A DNA stretch of 64,000 bases, taken from assembly GCA_002269645.1 (NCBI GenBank), contig NIVC01000509.1:186001-250000 (forward strand), given 5' to 3'. The first letter of the stretch is position 1, and the number at the start of each line of letters is the position of its first letter. The position numbers and the translations under genes were made by a program. The notes under the pieces were generated by a model. The model did not search any database. It was not told where the DNA came from and was given only the letters and a program-made list of their open reading frames with translations. This stretch comes from Macrostomum lignano (Eukaryota). This document shows positions 11,401 to 31,937 of the stretch, one piece after another.

Positions 11401-14400
11401 CCCCATCATTCTCTCTCTGTAGACACAGTCACCGTTTTATCTCGAGGATTTACGAGTAAATAAATCTCTTGTTTCCGAGGCCAGAAATATTGGTAGCGAA
11501 ATATTTATTATCTTAAGTTTGCCGGCAGTAAGGACACCTGCTTGGTTACACTATAGGCGGGGATTCATGGACCTTTATTTCTCTGTTCACTCTGGACTGT
11601 TCCTTGAATCTTATAGTGACTGATTCCGGGGGGGGGGCGGGGATAAAGGGGTCAGTTGACCTCCCCCATCCTTCGTTATTAGTTATGCCGCTTGAAGTTG
11701 ACTCCCGAAGTTAAAATTATCGTCTTGCAAATTTGTGAACAGATGTTTTGGTTCCAGCGATGGTCACGGTGGGTCATCTGACCCCTGCTCCGGGAGTGAA
11801 GATCTGTCTGCATGGATCTATCGAATTCTTGGGTCGATATGACGATTCACTGCCTAACCTAAACCTAGCCTAAACCCTAACCTAAACCCTAACTCAAACC
11901 CTAATCTAAACCCTAACCTAAACCTAGCCTAAACCCTAACCCAAACCCCGTCACTCCTTTGGTCACTCTTCTCGTCACTCCTCTCGGCACTCTCCCCGTC
12001 ACCCGTCACAACCCTAACTCAAACCCTAATCTAAACCCTAACCTAAACCCTAACCCAAACCCTAACCCAAACCCTAATCTAAACCCTAACCCAAACCCTA
12101 ACTCAAACCCTAATCTAAACCCTAACCTAAACCCTAACCTAAACCCTAACCCAAACCCTAACCTAAACCCTAACAAACCTAACCTTAACCCCTTTTAAAT
12201 ATCTCCTAAACCTACCCTAACCCTAAACCTAAACAAAATCTCTGATTACTTATCCCTGCAACCTGTTTCCCAGTCCAGGCATCTATTCCAGCGATGGTAG
12301 TCCCTGCTCCAATCATAGGGTTGTGCAGTTTCATTCTATAGCCAAGTTCGCAGCTGCGGCAGGTCCCCCCTCCCGGCGCCCCCAGTGCCGCTGGAGGGAT
12401 ATCTCAAAGTCGCGTGTCTCTTGAGCAGTCGTGGTGAGTAAACAAGCGAGCTCAGCAAGCTCATCTAAACTCTGCCAGCCAAAAAATTCGAATCACTGGG
12501 AAGGGTATAGGGGGGAGGGGGTGCTAAAAAGCCGGTCGTCCTGATAAGAATTTCGAAGACTCAACAACAACCCCCCTTGCACGGGACACGAACCCGTGAC
12601 TGCTGGAGGTGGGCTAGCTGCTATTAGTTTGGTTTTTACTTGAATCGTCTCAGATGCCCAGCTCACTAATCCGAATAATGGAGTCTCTTATCTCTTCAGC
12701 TTTCTCAGCTCCGCGAGCTTCCTTATCTATTTTTTGTTTACACATTTATACCTTACATTTAGACTATCAATTTGACTATTAAATCATTATTCATATTATT
12801 ATTAATGCGCTCATATTGACTAAGTTTCGGAAGATTTCCAAAAGCAAGATTTGCAGTATTGTGCAATGAAACTCGCAGTGTGCGCAACTCGTACACTGTA
12901 AGGTATTGTGCGTATTTAGTAAAGCATCATCTCTATTCAAGCTCTTATCTCCGCCTTCAGCATATTGGAGCACCATTGTTATGCAATTCCAGCTCACTTT
13001 CTAGCGTTATCTCACTGTGCCGCCATTCTCTGGCCCCGCTTCCGCCTCAACAGTAGGTCACTCTCCACTTTCACTCTCTCCGGCAACTATCCTTGTCACT
13101 CCTTGCCACTCTCCTAGTCATAATTTCCGTCACTCTTCCCGTCACTCTCCTCGTCACTCTACCAATCATGCTCCCCGTTACTCTCCCCGTTACTCTCCCC
13201 GTCACTCTTATGGTCATTCTTCTCTTCATTCCCTCGGCACTCTTCCCGTCACTCTCCTCGTTACACTCCCCATACTCTAGTGTTACTCTCCCCGTCACTC
13301 CTTTGGTCACTCTTCTCGTCACTCCTCTCGGCACTCTCCCCGTCACTTTCCTCGTCTCCCCATACTTTTCAGTGTCACTCTTCCCGTCGCTACCCCGTCA
13401 CTCTCCCCGTGACTCCCTCTGTCACTCCATCGTGACTCCCCCTGTCACTCCCCCCGTCACTCTCCCTGGCACTCTCTCCGTCACTCTCCTCGTCACTCTC
13501 CTAGCCACTCCGCCCACCAACACGCAGGCTGGAGTCGCAGAAGCTGATCAAGCTCAGCGTGCCAAACGATCGCAATTTCAAGCCAGCGGAAATCGCCAGC
13601 CTAGATGACATCTTGCTGGTCACGTCGACCACTTCCTCCGCCTGCGCCGTGGTGGACAAGCACCGGCATCACGTGTTGCAGCTGTTGCACCTGCACTCTG
13701 AGGAGATTTTCACAGGTGTTTGCTTACACATACTGTGCATGCACCTTGTGTCTCTGTAATGTACCGCTTTGCTCTGCATGGAGCCCTCCCAGTTTTAACT
13801 TAGTAGTATCTATAGTGATTCAGTAGTATGTTCTGCCTCCTGTTGCTGTTTGGATGATTAATTTGCTTGCAGCTATTTCTGCTTTGGGTCCTCTGGGTTG
13901 AGTTGCTTTCATTTTAATGCCTCGCAATTGCAACAGATCAAAGCTGATTGACTCTTCCAGATTGCAAAAGCTCTCAGCTGGTTCAGATCAACCCTCCAAT
14001 CAGTGCAAGAGCTCTTAAATGGGTCAGATTTACTCTTAAACCATGTGCAAGAGCTCTCAGCTGGTTCAGATCAACCCTCCAATCAGTGCAAGAGCTCTTA
14101 AATGGGTCAGATTTACTCTTAAACCATGTGCAAGAGCTCTTAAATGGGTCAGATTTACTCTTAAACCATGTGCAAGAGCTCTTAAATGGGTCAGATTTAC
14201 TCTTAAACCATGTGCAAGAGCTCTTAAATGGGTCAGATTTACTCTTAAACCATGTGCAAGAGCTCTCAGCTGGTTCAGATCAACCCTCCAACCATTGCGA
14301 GAGCTCTCAGCTGATTCAGATCAACCCTCCAACCATTGCGAGAGCTCTCAGCTGATTCAGATCAACCCTCCAACCATTGCGAGAGCTCTCAGCTGATTCA

Positions 14401-16514
14401 GATCAACCCTCCAACCATTGCGAGAGCTCTCAGCTGATTCAGATCAACCCTCCAACCATTGCGAGAGCTCTCAGCTGATTCAGATCAACCCTCCAACCAT
14501 TGCGAGAGCTCTCAGCTGGTTCAGATCAACCCTCCAACCATTGCGAGAGCTCTCAGCTGATTCAGATCAACCCTCCAACCATTGCGAGAGCTCTCAGCTG
14601 GTTCAGATCAACCCTCCAACCATTGCGAGAGCTCTCAGCTGATTCAGATCAACCCTCCAACCATTGCGAGAGCTCTCAGCTGATTCAGATCAACCCTCCA
14701 ACCATTGCGAGAGCTCTCAGCTGGTTCAGATCAACCCTCCAACCATTGCGAGAGCTCTCAGCTGATTCAGATCAACCCTCCAACCATTGCGAGAGCTCTC
14801 AGCTGGTTCAGATCAACCCTCCAACCATTGCGAGAGCTCTCAGCTGATTCAGATCAACCCTCCAACCATTGCGAGAGCTCTCAGCTGATTCAGATCAACC
14901 CTCCAACCATTGCGAGAGCTCTCAGCTGATTCAGATCAACCCTCCAACCATTGCGAGAGCTCTCAGCTGGTTCAGATCAACCCTCCAACCATTGCGAGAG
15001 CTCTCAGCTGGTTCAGATCAACCCTCCAACCATTGCGAGAGCTCTCAGCTGATTCAGATCAACCCTCCAACCATTGCGAGAGCTCTCAGCTGATTCAGAT
15101 CAACCCTCCAACCATTGCGAGAGCTCTCAGCTGGTTCAGATCAACCCTCCAACCATTGCGAGAGCTCTCAGCTGATTCAGATCAACCCTCCAACCATTGC
15201 GAGAGCTCTCAGCTGATTCAGATCAACCCTCCAACCATTGCGAGAGCTCTCAGCTGGTTCAGATCAACCCTCCAACCATTGCGAGAGCTCTCAGCTGATT
15301 CAGATCAACCCTCCAACCATTGCGAGAGCTCTCAGCTGGTTCAGATCAACCCTCCAACCATTGCGAGAGCTCTCAGCTGATTCAGATCAACCCTCCAACC
15401 ATTGCGAGAGCTCTCAGCTGATTCAGATCAACCCTCCAACCATTGCGAGAGCTCTCAGCTGGTTCAGATCAACCCTCCAACCATTGCGAGAGCTCTCAGC
15501 TGGTTCAGATCAACCCTCCAACCATTGCGAGAGCTCTCAGCTGATTCAGATCAACCCTCCAATCATTGCGAGAGCTCTCAGCTGATTCAGATCAACCCTC
15601 CAACCATTGCGAGAGCTCTCAGCTGGTTCAGATCAACCCTCCAACCATTGCGAGAGCTCTCAGCTGATTCAGATCAACCCTCCAACCATTGCGAGAGCTC
15701 TCAGCTGGTTCAGATCAACCCTCCAACCATTGCGAGAGCTCTCAGCTGATTCAGATCAACCCTCCAACCATTGCGAGAGCTCTCAGCTGATTCAGATCAA
15801 CCCTCCAACCATTGCGAGAGCTCTCAGCTGGTTCAGATCAACCCTCCAACCATTGCGAGAGCTCTCAGCTGGTTCAGATCAACCCTCCAACCATTGCGAG
15901 AGCTCTCAGCTGATTCAGATCAACCCTCCAACCAGTGCGAGAGCTCTCAGCTGATTCAGATCAACCCTCCAACCATTGCGAGAGCTCTCAGCTGATTCAG
16001 ATCAACCCTCCAACCATTGCGAGAGCTCTCAGCTGATTCAGATCAACCCTCCAACCAGTAAAAGGAACCTAAGCTTACAGAAATGAAATGTTGCACTTCA
16101 GAAGAGCCCGTGGTCAAGCTGATCGGCAAAGGTCTGGCCATCGACCCCGACCTTGGCCTGGTGTTCATCGGCAGCGTCACGAACATCAACCAGAACAGCG
16201 TGAGCGTTCTCTACCTAGACGAGGACACGGGCACCTTGGCCGACTTAGCAACCATCGTGTCGCCATGCCAACCGCTGTGCATGACCTTCTTCCGTCAGCA
16301 GGGCCTGCTGGTCTTAGTGGACGAATTGGATAGAAAAATCCTGCACTTTCTCTACTTGAACTACGATTTGTTTAAGAAGCAAATGGAGACGCAGAAGACC
16401 CACGATCGAACTATTCGATTGCAGCTGTCCGGCTTTGACGGCTTGCGGATTGACGAACTGCGGACCAAAGGCAAGCAGTTCATGACTGGGCGAGTCTTCC
16501 CTGTGCTGGACTGA
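8464..16514 (+). CDS. Uncharacterised 488-aa protein, probably a beta-propeller (NHL/YVTN/WD-like). Exons 8464-8787, 9247-9668, 10199-10318, 13528-13715, 16102-16514
   Basis: Five GC-rich exons join through GT-AG sites in consistent phases (0,2,2,1) into one 1467-nt frame. The sequence has repeated short hydrophobic strand-turn motifs ([42 protein letters not shown]). The fold call is inference. Confidence 0.75.
8880..9177 (-). mobile_element. tRNA-derived SINE with a CORE-like central domain, in intron 1 of the propeller gene
   Basis: The minus strand has A-box-like TAGTGGTCAGAGC and B-box GGTTCGATTCCC. These are followed by TGTGTCCTTGAGCAAGATATACTTAACTC...CAGTTCACCGAGCTGTAAAATGGG, which resembles the MIR/CORE consensus, and a short AT-rich tail. 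Confidence 0.7.
9720..10145. repeat. About 41-bp purine-rich tandem repeat (GAGAGAGATGGAGAGGGAGACTGGAGGGAGGGTGAGAGGTA)n
   Basis: About 9 units in intron 2 of the propeller gene. Confidence 0.9.
10425..11036. repeat. 13-bp degenerate (GTCACTCTCTCCT)n
   Basis: Tandem units; a related 12-bp array lies at 13050-13510. Confidence 0.92.
11853..12232. repeat. Degenerate telomere-like (CCCTAA/CCTAAA)n interstitial array
   Basis: 12-bp AAACCCTAACCT-type units, interrupted at 11946-12002. Confidence 0.9.
13050..13510. repeat. 12-bp degenerate (CGTCACTCTCCC)n
   Basis: Tandem units ending just before the acceptor at 13527. Confidence 0.88.
13965..16058. repeat. 41-bp minisatellite (CAGCTGATTCAGATCAACCCTCCAACCATTGCGAGAGCTCT)n
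   Basis: About 50 near-identical units, with a block of 41-bp variant units (AAATGGGTCAGATTTACTC...) at about 14017-14265. Confidence 0.98.
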
Positions 16515-16990
16515 AGGACTGGCGGTGACCTACTGAAGGATTAAAGCATTAGCGATGACCTACTGAAGGATTAAAGGATTAGCGGTGACCTACTGAAGGA
16601 TTAAAGGATTAGCGGTGACCTACTGAAGGATTAAAGGATTAGCGGTGACCTACTGAAGGATTAAAGGATTAGCGGTGACCTACTGAAGGATTAAAGGATT
16701 AGCGGTGACCTACTGAAGGATTGAAGGATTAGCGGTGACCTACTGAAGGATTAAAGCATTAGCGGTGACCTACTGAAGGATTAAAGCATTAGCGGTGACC
16801 TACTGAAGGATTAAAGGATTATCGGTGACCTACTGAAGGATTAAAGGATTATCGGTGACCTACTGAAGGATTAAAGCATTAGCGGTGACCTACTGAAGGA
16901 TTAAAGGATTAGAGGTGACCTACTGAAGGATTAAAGGATTAGCGGTGACCCACTAAAGGATTAAAGGATTAGCGCTAATCCCACTGAAGT
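16512..16990. repeat. 30-bp minisatellite (TGAAGGATTAAAGGATTAGCGGTGACCTAC)n in the 3' UTR
   Basis: About 15 units beginning at the stop codon of the propeller gene. Confidence 0.96.
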
Positions 16991-17249
16991 CGCAATCGTT
17001 CAGTGATTGTTAATGTTTATCTACTTTATTGACCCCTACTATTCTACACTAGAATGCACTGCATGCACTGTAATCGTAACCGTTGTCTATCCTCCATCCA
17101 AAATGCTACATGCATTCTTTCACTCATGTGTTCCGTTAAAAAGTGTTAAAATTGATCATATACAGTTAACGCGCTCATGCTAAATTGCAGATTGATTTGG
17201 GATTTAAATCTTAAATTTCCATCAGCCATAAAAATGCCATGTATTATCT

Positions 17250-17970
17250 ATGCTTTGCCACTTTCCCAATCTTGGCGCCGTTCTCCCAATCTTTGCGCCA
17301 ATTTCCCAATCTTGGCGCCACTTTCCCTATTTTGGCGCCAATTCCTTAATCTTGGTGCCAATTCCTTAATCTTGGCGCCGTTTTCCCAATCTGGGTGCCA
17401 CTTTCCCAATCTTGGCGCCAATTTCCCAATCTTGGCGCCAATTTCCCAATCTTAACGCCACTTTCCCAATCTTAGCGCCACTTTCCCAATCTTAGCGCCA
17501 CTTTCCCAATCTTAGCGCCACTTTCCCAATCTTGGCGCCAATTTCCCAATCTTAACGCCACTTTCCCAATCTTAGCGCCACTTTCCCAATCTTGGCGCCA
17601 CTTTCCCAATCTTAGCGCCACTTTCCCAATCTTAGCGCCACTTTCCCAATCTTGGCGCCAATTTCCCAATCTTAGCGCCACTTTCCCAATCTTAGCGCCA
17701 CTTTCCCAATCTTGGCGCCAATTTCCCAATCTTGGCGCCACTTTCCCAATCTTGGCGCCACTTTCCCAATCTTAGCGCCACTTTCCCAATCTTGGCGCCA
17801 CTTTCCCAATCTTAGCGCCACTTTCCCAATCTTGGCGCCACTTTCCCAATCTTAGCGCCACTTTCCCAATCTTAGCGCCACTTTCCCAATCTTAGCGCCA
17901 CTTTCCCAATCTTAGCGCCACTTTCCCAATCTTGGTGCCACTTTCCCAATCTTGGTGCCACTTTCCCAAT
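17250..17970. repeat. 20-bp minisatellite (GCGCCACTTTCCCAATCTTR)n
   Basis: About 35 units. Confidence 0.96.
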
Positions 17971-18339
17971 GTATCCTGGCACTGCAGTCTTAAAACTCAA
18001 AGCCACTTAATTAATCTTGAAGCCAGCAACTCAAATTTGATATCATTATGAATTATCAACTAAAGCTATCCTCAAATTAATTTTATTTAATGCGTTAATC
18101 GCTTCACCTTGAAATGCTGCACAACTTGAATTTTAGTCTTCGAAACAGAGCCGAGAAACAGAGCTAGCTGAGGTAAGGAGTGGCGGCAGTACAGGCACAG
18201 TCACACCCCAACCCCACCTGTCCACAGCGTCACGAGTTCGATTCTTAACCACCTTCTGGTTAATATACAAGCTATATATATATTATATATGAACTGTTTG
18301 CACAGCTCTAACCCTGAGCTGAGATAAGAGGCTGGCCTG

Positions 18340-18560
18340 GCTTTCTGGAGGGCGGAGGCGGACCCGGGGGGGGGGGGGAGGCGGGCGGGGAGGGGGCGGA
18401 CGAGGAGCGGCCCAGTTGGCAGCAAATTAGCAACAGACGGGCTGGGCCGCCGCCGCCCGCCTCAACCTCCTCAACCCGCCCGTCGCGTCGAGTCTGAGCG
18501 GCCGCCCCGAGCGCCACAGAAATTTATAGAAGAGAGTAAGGGCAACTCGATCGGCGCAGG
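18340..18560 (+). promoter_or_regulatory. Putative GATA456 core promoter (GC boxes plus TATA-like element)
   Basis: GC-rich island with several GGGCGG boxes (about 18347-18400) and TATAGAAG at 18525-18532, about 100 nt upstream of the ATG|gtaagt donor. Confidence 0.45.
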
Positions 18561-18627
18561 CAGCAGAGATTTGGAATTTTTCTGCTTCTATCTATCTATA
18601 CACTCGGCTTGTCCTCGCTGCTGAGAT

Positions 18628-28732
<10,105 letters not shown>

Positions 28733-29407
28733 GAGAGATCAGGTTCAAAATCTATTGTTTCATTCCCATGCACTTAACTCGTATTGTCCGTGTAACAGTG
28801 GAAAAACTATATATTTAACATCATAGCATCAACAACAATTCCGATTATTTACCTGTTTTCATTTATTTTTCATTTCCGTTTTTTTTTTCTACAACTTCTT
28901 GCACCCGTCTCTGGCTGATTCAATTCCATGCTTTATGCAATCAAGTTTTGTTTAATCGTTTCTTGCTGCTGCTGGATTAAATTCCGGCATTAATTTGCAT
29001 AGTGCCTACTTATTTATCAAGTAGTGTGCAATTGCACAATCGTTCTCTCAATGTGGCTGAAAATGCCGGTTATAAAAAAAACTAGACTTATGAAGCACTC
29101 AAACTTGCGTGACAACACACTATTATTCATCTTATTAAGTTTTTGTTATAGTCGGTGGAAATTTTGAAATAAATTTTCAACCAAAGCGAATCCCTTCTTT
29201 ATGCGGGGCGCTTGAAAACGCTGTGTCTCTTGGCTTGCGTCAGTTTTTTATGGCGCACTGCGCATGACTAATCTACTGCTAGTACTACTACAGCTACTCG
29301 TGCGATGCGAGTAGTAAAAATAGAGTTTTCTTAAATTTGTCAGAAATTTATCAGATCAGATCAGTCAGCTGCTTGCTTCGCTGCTTCTGAAAGCAAAGAA
29401 AAATAAT

Positions 29408-29447
29408 TGATAGACAGTCACTGAAAGAGACAGGCAGGCAGGCAGGC

Positions 29448-29487
<40 letters not shown>

Positions 29488-29718
29488 GGACAGAGATAGA
29501 AAGACAGACAGATCGACAGACAGATAGACAGGCAGACAGACAGACAGATCGACAGATAGACAGACAGACAGACAGATCGACAGACAGACAGACAGACAGG
29601 CAGACAGACAGACAGACAGACAGATCGACAGACAGACAGACAGACAGACAGACAGGCAGACAGACAGACAGATAGACAGATCGACAGACAGCCAGACAGG
29701 CAGACAGACAGACAGATC

Positions 29719-29754
<36 letters not shown>

Positions 29755-29800
29755 GGCAGGCAGACAGACAGGCAGACAGACAGAATGACGGACAGACATA
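29408..29800. repeat. (CAGA)n tetranucleotide microsatellite
   Basis: Read directly; starts about 35 nt past the GPCR stop codon on the minus strand. Confidence 0.96.
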
Positions 29801-29835
29801 GACAGCAGCATCAGCTGACAGTCCGATCTTGTCCA

Positions 29836-30918
29836 CTAGTTTCCATCATCAGCAGCGCCCTGATCCGCAGCTGCAGGCCGCTTCATCTCGGCCAGCCGTC
29901 CAGTCCTGGGGACAGCGGCGGCGGACACGGACTCAGTCTGGCTGGTCGTTGCCGCGGCCGGCCCGCCGCTGTCGCCGCAGCTGCCGAACACGAATCTGCG
30001 AAACTGCGGCATGAAGATGAGGTAAATAAACGGATTGACGGCGCTATTCATGCTGACCATAAACGAGTCCAGATGCTCCAGCAGTTCAATGCGACTCTCA
30101 TCGATGCCCAGATTAAATTTCAAATAGTTGATGCTGTCCATGGCAAACAGTAAAACGAACGCGCACGAGGTTATGGCAGTGATGAAGGTAAGTCGCAGGG
30201 CAGCTGAACCGATTTTATTACCCTCGGCGCTGCTAGACTTTGCGTTGAGGCTTAACGAAGCTCGAATTCTCAACAAGATGAGGCTGTAGAGCAGCAGCAT
30301 GATGAAGAACGGCAGCATCCAGAATAGAATCACGTAGGCAATGCCGAAGGCGCTCTTCACACTCACAGGTGCGTCGCCGAAGACGCAGCGCTTGACAATA
30401 GCATTCGCCGAGGCATTGCCGGCTGTAGAATTCACCTCTAGCACTGCAGCCTCCTTCACGTACTTGTTAATAATGATGCAGTAGGGAAACTCAACAAAGA
30501 AGGCGGACGCGATGATAACCGCTAGACAGGTGCGCAGAATGCCTGTCTTATGCTCGCGGTACCAGAACGGAGCGCACAGGCAGAGGCAGCGCTCAGCCGA
30601 CACCATCACCAGGTTGTAGACACTCATGCACACGAAGCTCCAGTACAGGATCTGGCTGAACGGCACGTAGCAATAGAAATACCACATCGCGTCCGAGCTG
30701 TCCTGACTCGGCTCCGGCATCTTGCCGAGGTACTGCAGGAATAGCAAATTAAATATCATCACCCAGGTGTCAATCATTGATTGGCTGCGCAGTAAAATTG
30801 TTGTTGAGCTGGTGCCAATCTTCTCTTTAACGGTGAATCTCACGAATATGAGATTGAGCACAATCCCCAGGCCTTGGCCAACTGTCTGGGCGATGGTGAA
30901 CTGCGTCTTCAGATCCAT
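29836..30918 (-). CDS. Class A (rhodopsin-like) GPCR, probable orphan or peptide receptor, single coding exon, 360 aa
   Basis: Seven hydrophobic segments, GxxxN in TM1 (GIVLN), SAERC at the DRY position, FWMLPF in TM5 and NSAVNPFIY (NPxxY) in TM7. Confidence 0.92.
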   Translation of the reverse strand: MDLKTQFTIAQTVGQGLGIVLNLIFVRFTVKEKIGTSSTTILLRSQSMIDTWVMIFNLLFLQYLGKMPEPSQDSSDAMWYFYCYVPFSQILYWSFVCMSVYNLVMVSAERCLCLCAPFWYREHKTGILRTCLAVIIASAFFVEFPYCIIINKYVKEAAVLEVNSTAGNASANAIVKRCVFGDAPVSVKSAFGIAYVILFWMLPFFIMLLLYSLILLRIRASLSLNAKSSSAEGNKIGSAALRLTFITAITSCAFVLLFAMDSINYLKFNLGIDESRIELLEHLDSFMVSMNSAVNPFIYLIFMPQFRRFVFGSCGDSGGPAAATTSQTESVSAAAVPRTGRLAEMKRPAAADQGAADDGN

Positions 30919-30964
30919 CCTGCACTGCCCAGTTTCCTGAAATGGTGAGACTGTTGCTGATTTA

Positions 30965-31515
30965 AACTGGGGCTGCCATTTTAAAAATGTGAAATGCTAT
31001 TTTTAAATTGCGAGTGCCATTTTTTAAATGTGAAATGCTATTTTTAAATTGCGAATGCCATTTTTAAACCGGGGCTGCTATTTTTAAACCGAGGCTGCCA
31101 TTTTCAACTGGAGCTGCCATTTTCAACTGGAGCTGCCATTTTCAACTGGAGCTGCCATTTTCAACTGGAGCTGCCATTTTCAACTGGAGCTGCCATTTTT
31201 ACAACAAGGCTGCCATTTTTAAACCGGGGCTGCCATTTTTAAACCGGGGCTGCCATTTTTAAACTGGGGCTGCCATTTTTAAACCGGGGTTGCCATTTTT
31301 AAACTGGGGCTGCCATTTTTAAACCGGGGTTGCCATTTTTAAACTGGGGCTGCCATTTTTACACCGAGGCTGCCATTTTTACACCGAGGCTGCCATTTTT
31401 AACTGGAGCTGCCATTTTTAAACCGAGGCTGCCATTTTTAACTGGAGCTGCCATTTTTAAACCGGGGTCGCCATTTTTAAACTGGAGCCGCCGTTTTTCT
31501 AACTTCGGGTGCCAT
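30965..31515. repeat. 20-bp array (GCTGCCATTTTTAAACCGGG)n
   Basis: About 25 degenerate units. Confidence 0.92.
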
Positions 31516-31937
31516 TTTTATGAGCATGAACACAACGATAGAAAAAAATCATTTAAAATAACAAAGACTTACGCTAATCTGGCCACCGCAATTGCAGATT
31601 TCCAACTCGAACTCGGGACTGTTGTCAGCTTTCGTAGTTTTTGCTTCCAATTTTATACCCTTTTTTCGTAGAGGGTTTCGCAAGATAAACGTCAATTACG
31701 AGTTGCTTTGTCAAGTCAGATGTCAGCAATATTCTTTGAGCCAACTCAAACATGAGATGTTGGATTAGATTTCACAAAGACATCATCTGTTTGATATCCA
31801 TAGTTCAAAGATTTGAGCGATTAGTAGGTGACATTGATCTAGGCGTGGCCCACTTTGACAAGGCAAGTTCAGTGAAAATTCCGTTTCTCACCGAGCTTCG
31901 ACTTTTCACGCGTTTCGATTAACTTTCGAGTCAGACA

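Noticed and set aside
11630-11800. piggyBac-like MITE remnant (GGGGTCAGTTGACC / GGTCATCTGACCCC)
   Set aside because: Only a 14-bp imperfect internal inverted repeat is visible, with no definable termini or TSD.
11853-12232. True telomere or chromosome fusion site
   Set aside because: The tract is degenerate, short, single-orientation and intronic, with no head-to-head TTAGGG/CCCTAA junction.
12342-12433. Cryptic exon in intron 3 of the propeller gene (AG...GTGAGT); also 11038-11110
   Set aside because: The 92-nt segment breaks the frame and the 11038 segment hits stops. Exon 10199-10318 joins 13528 directly in phase 2.
13965-16058. CRISPR-like regular array
   Set aside because: The units are contiguous with no unique spacers, there are no cas genes, and the context is a eukaryotic intron.
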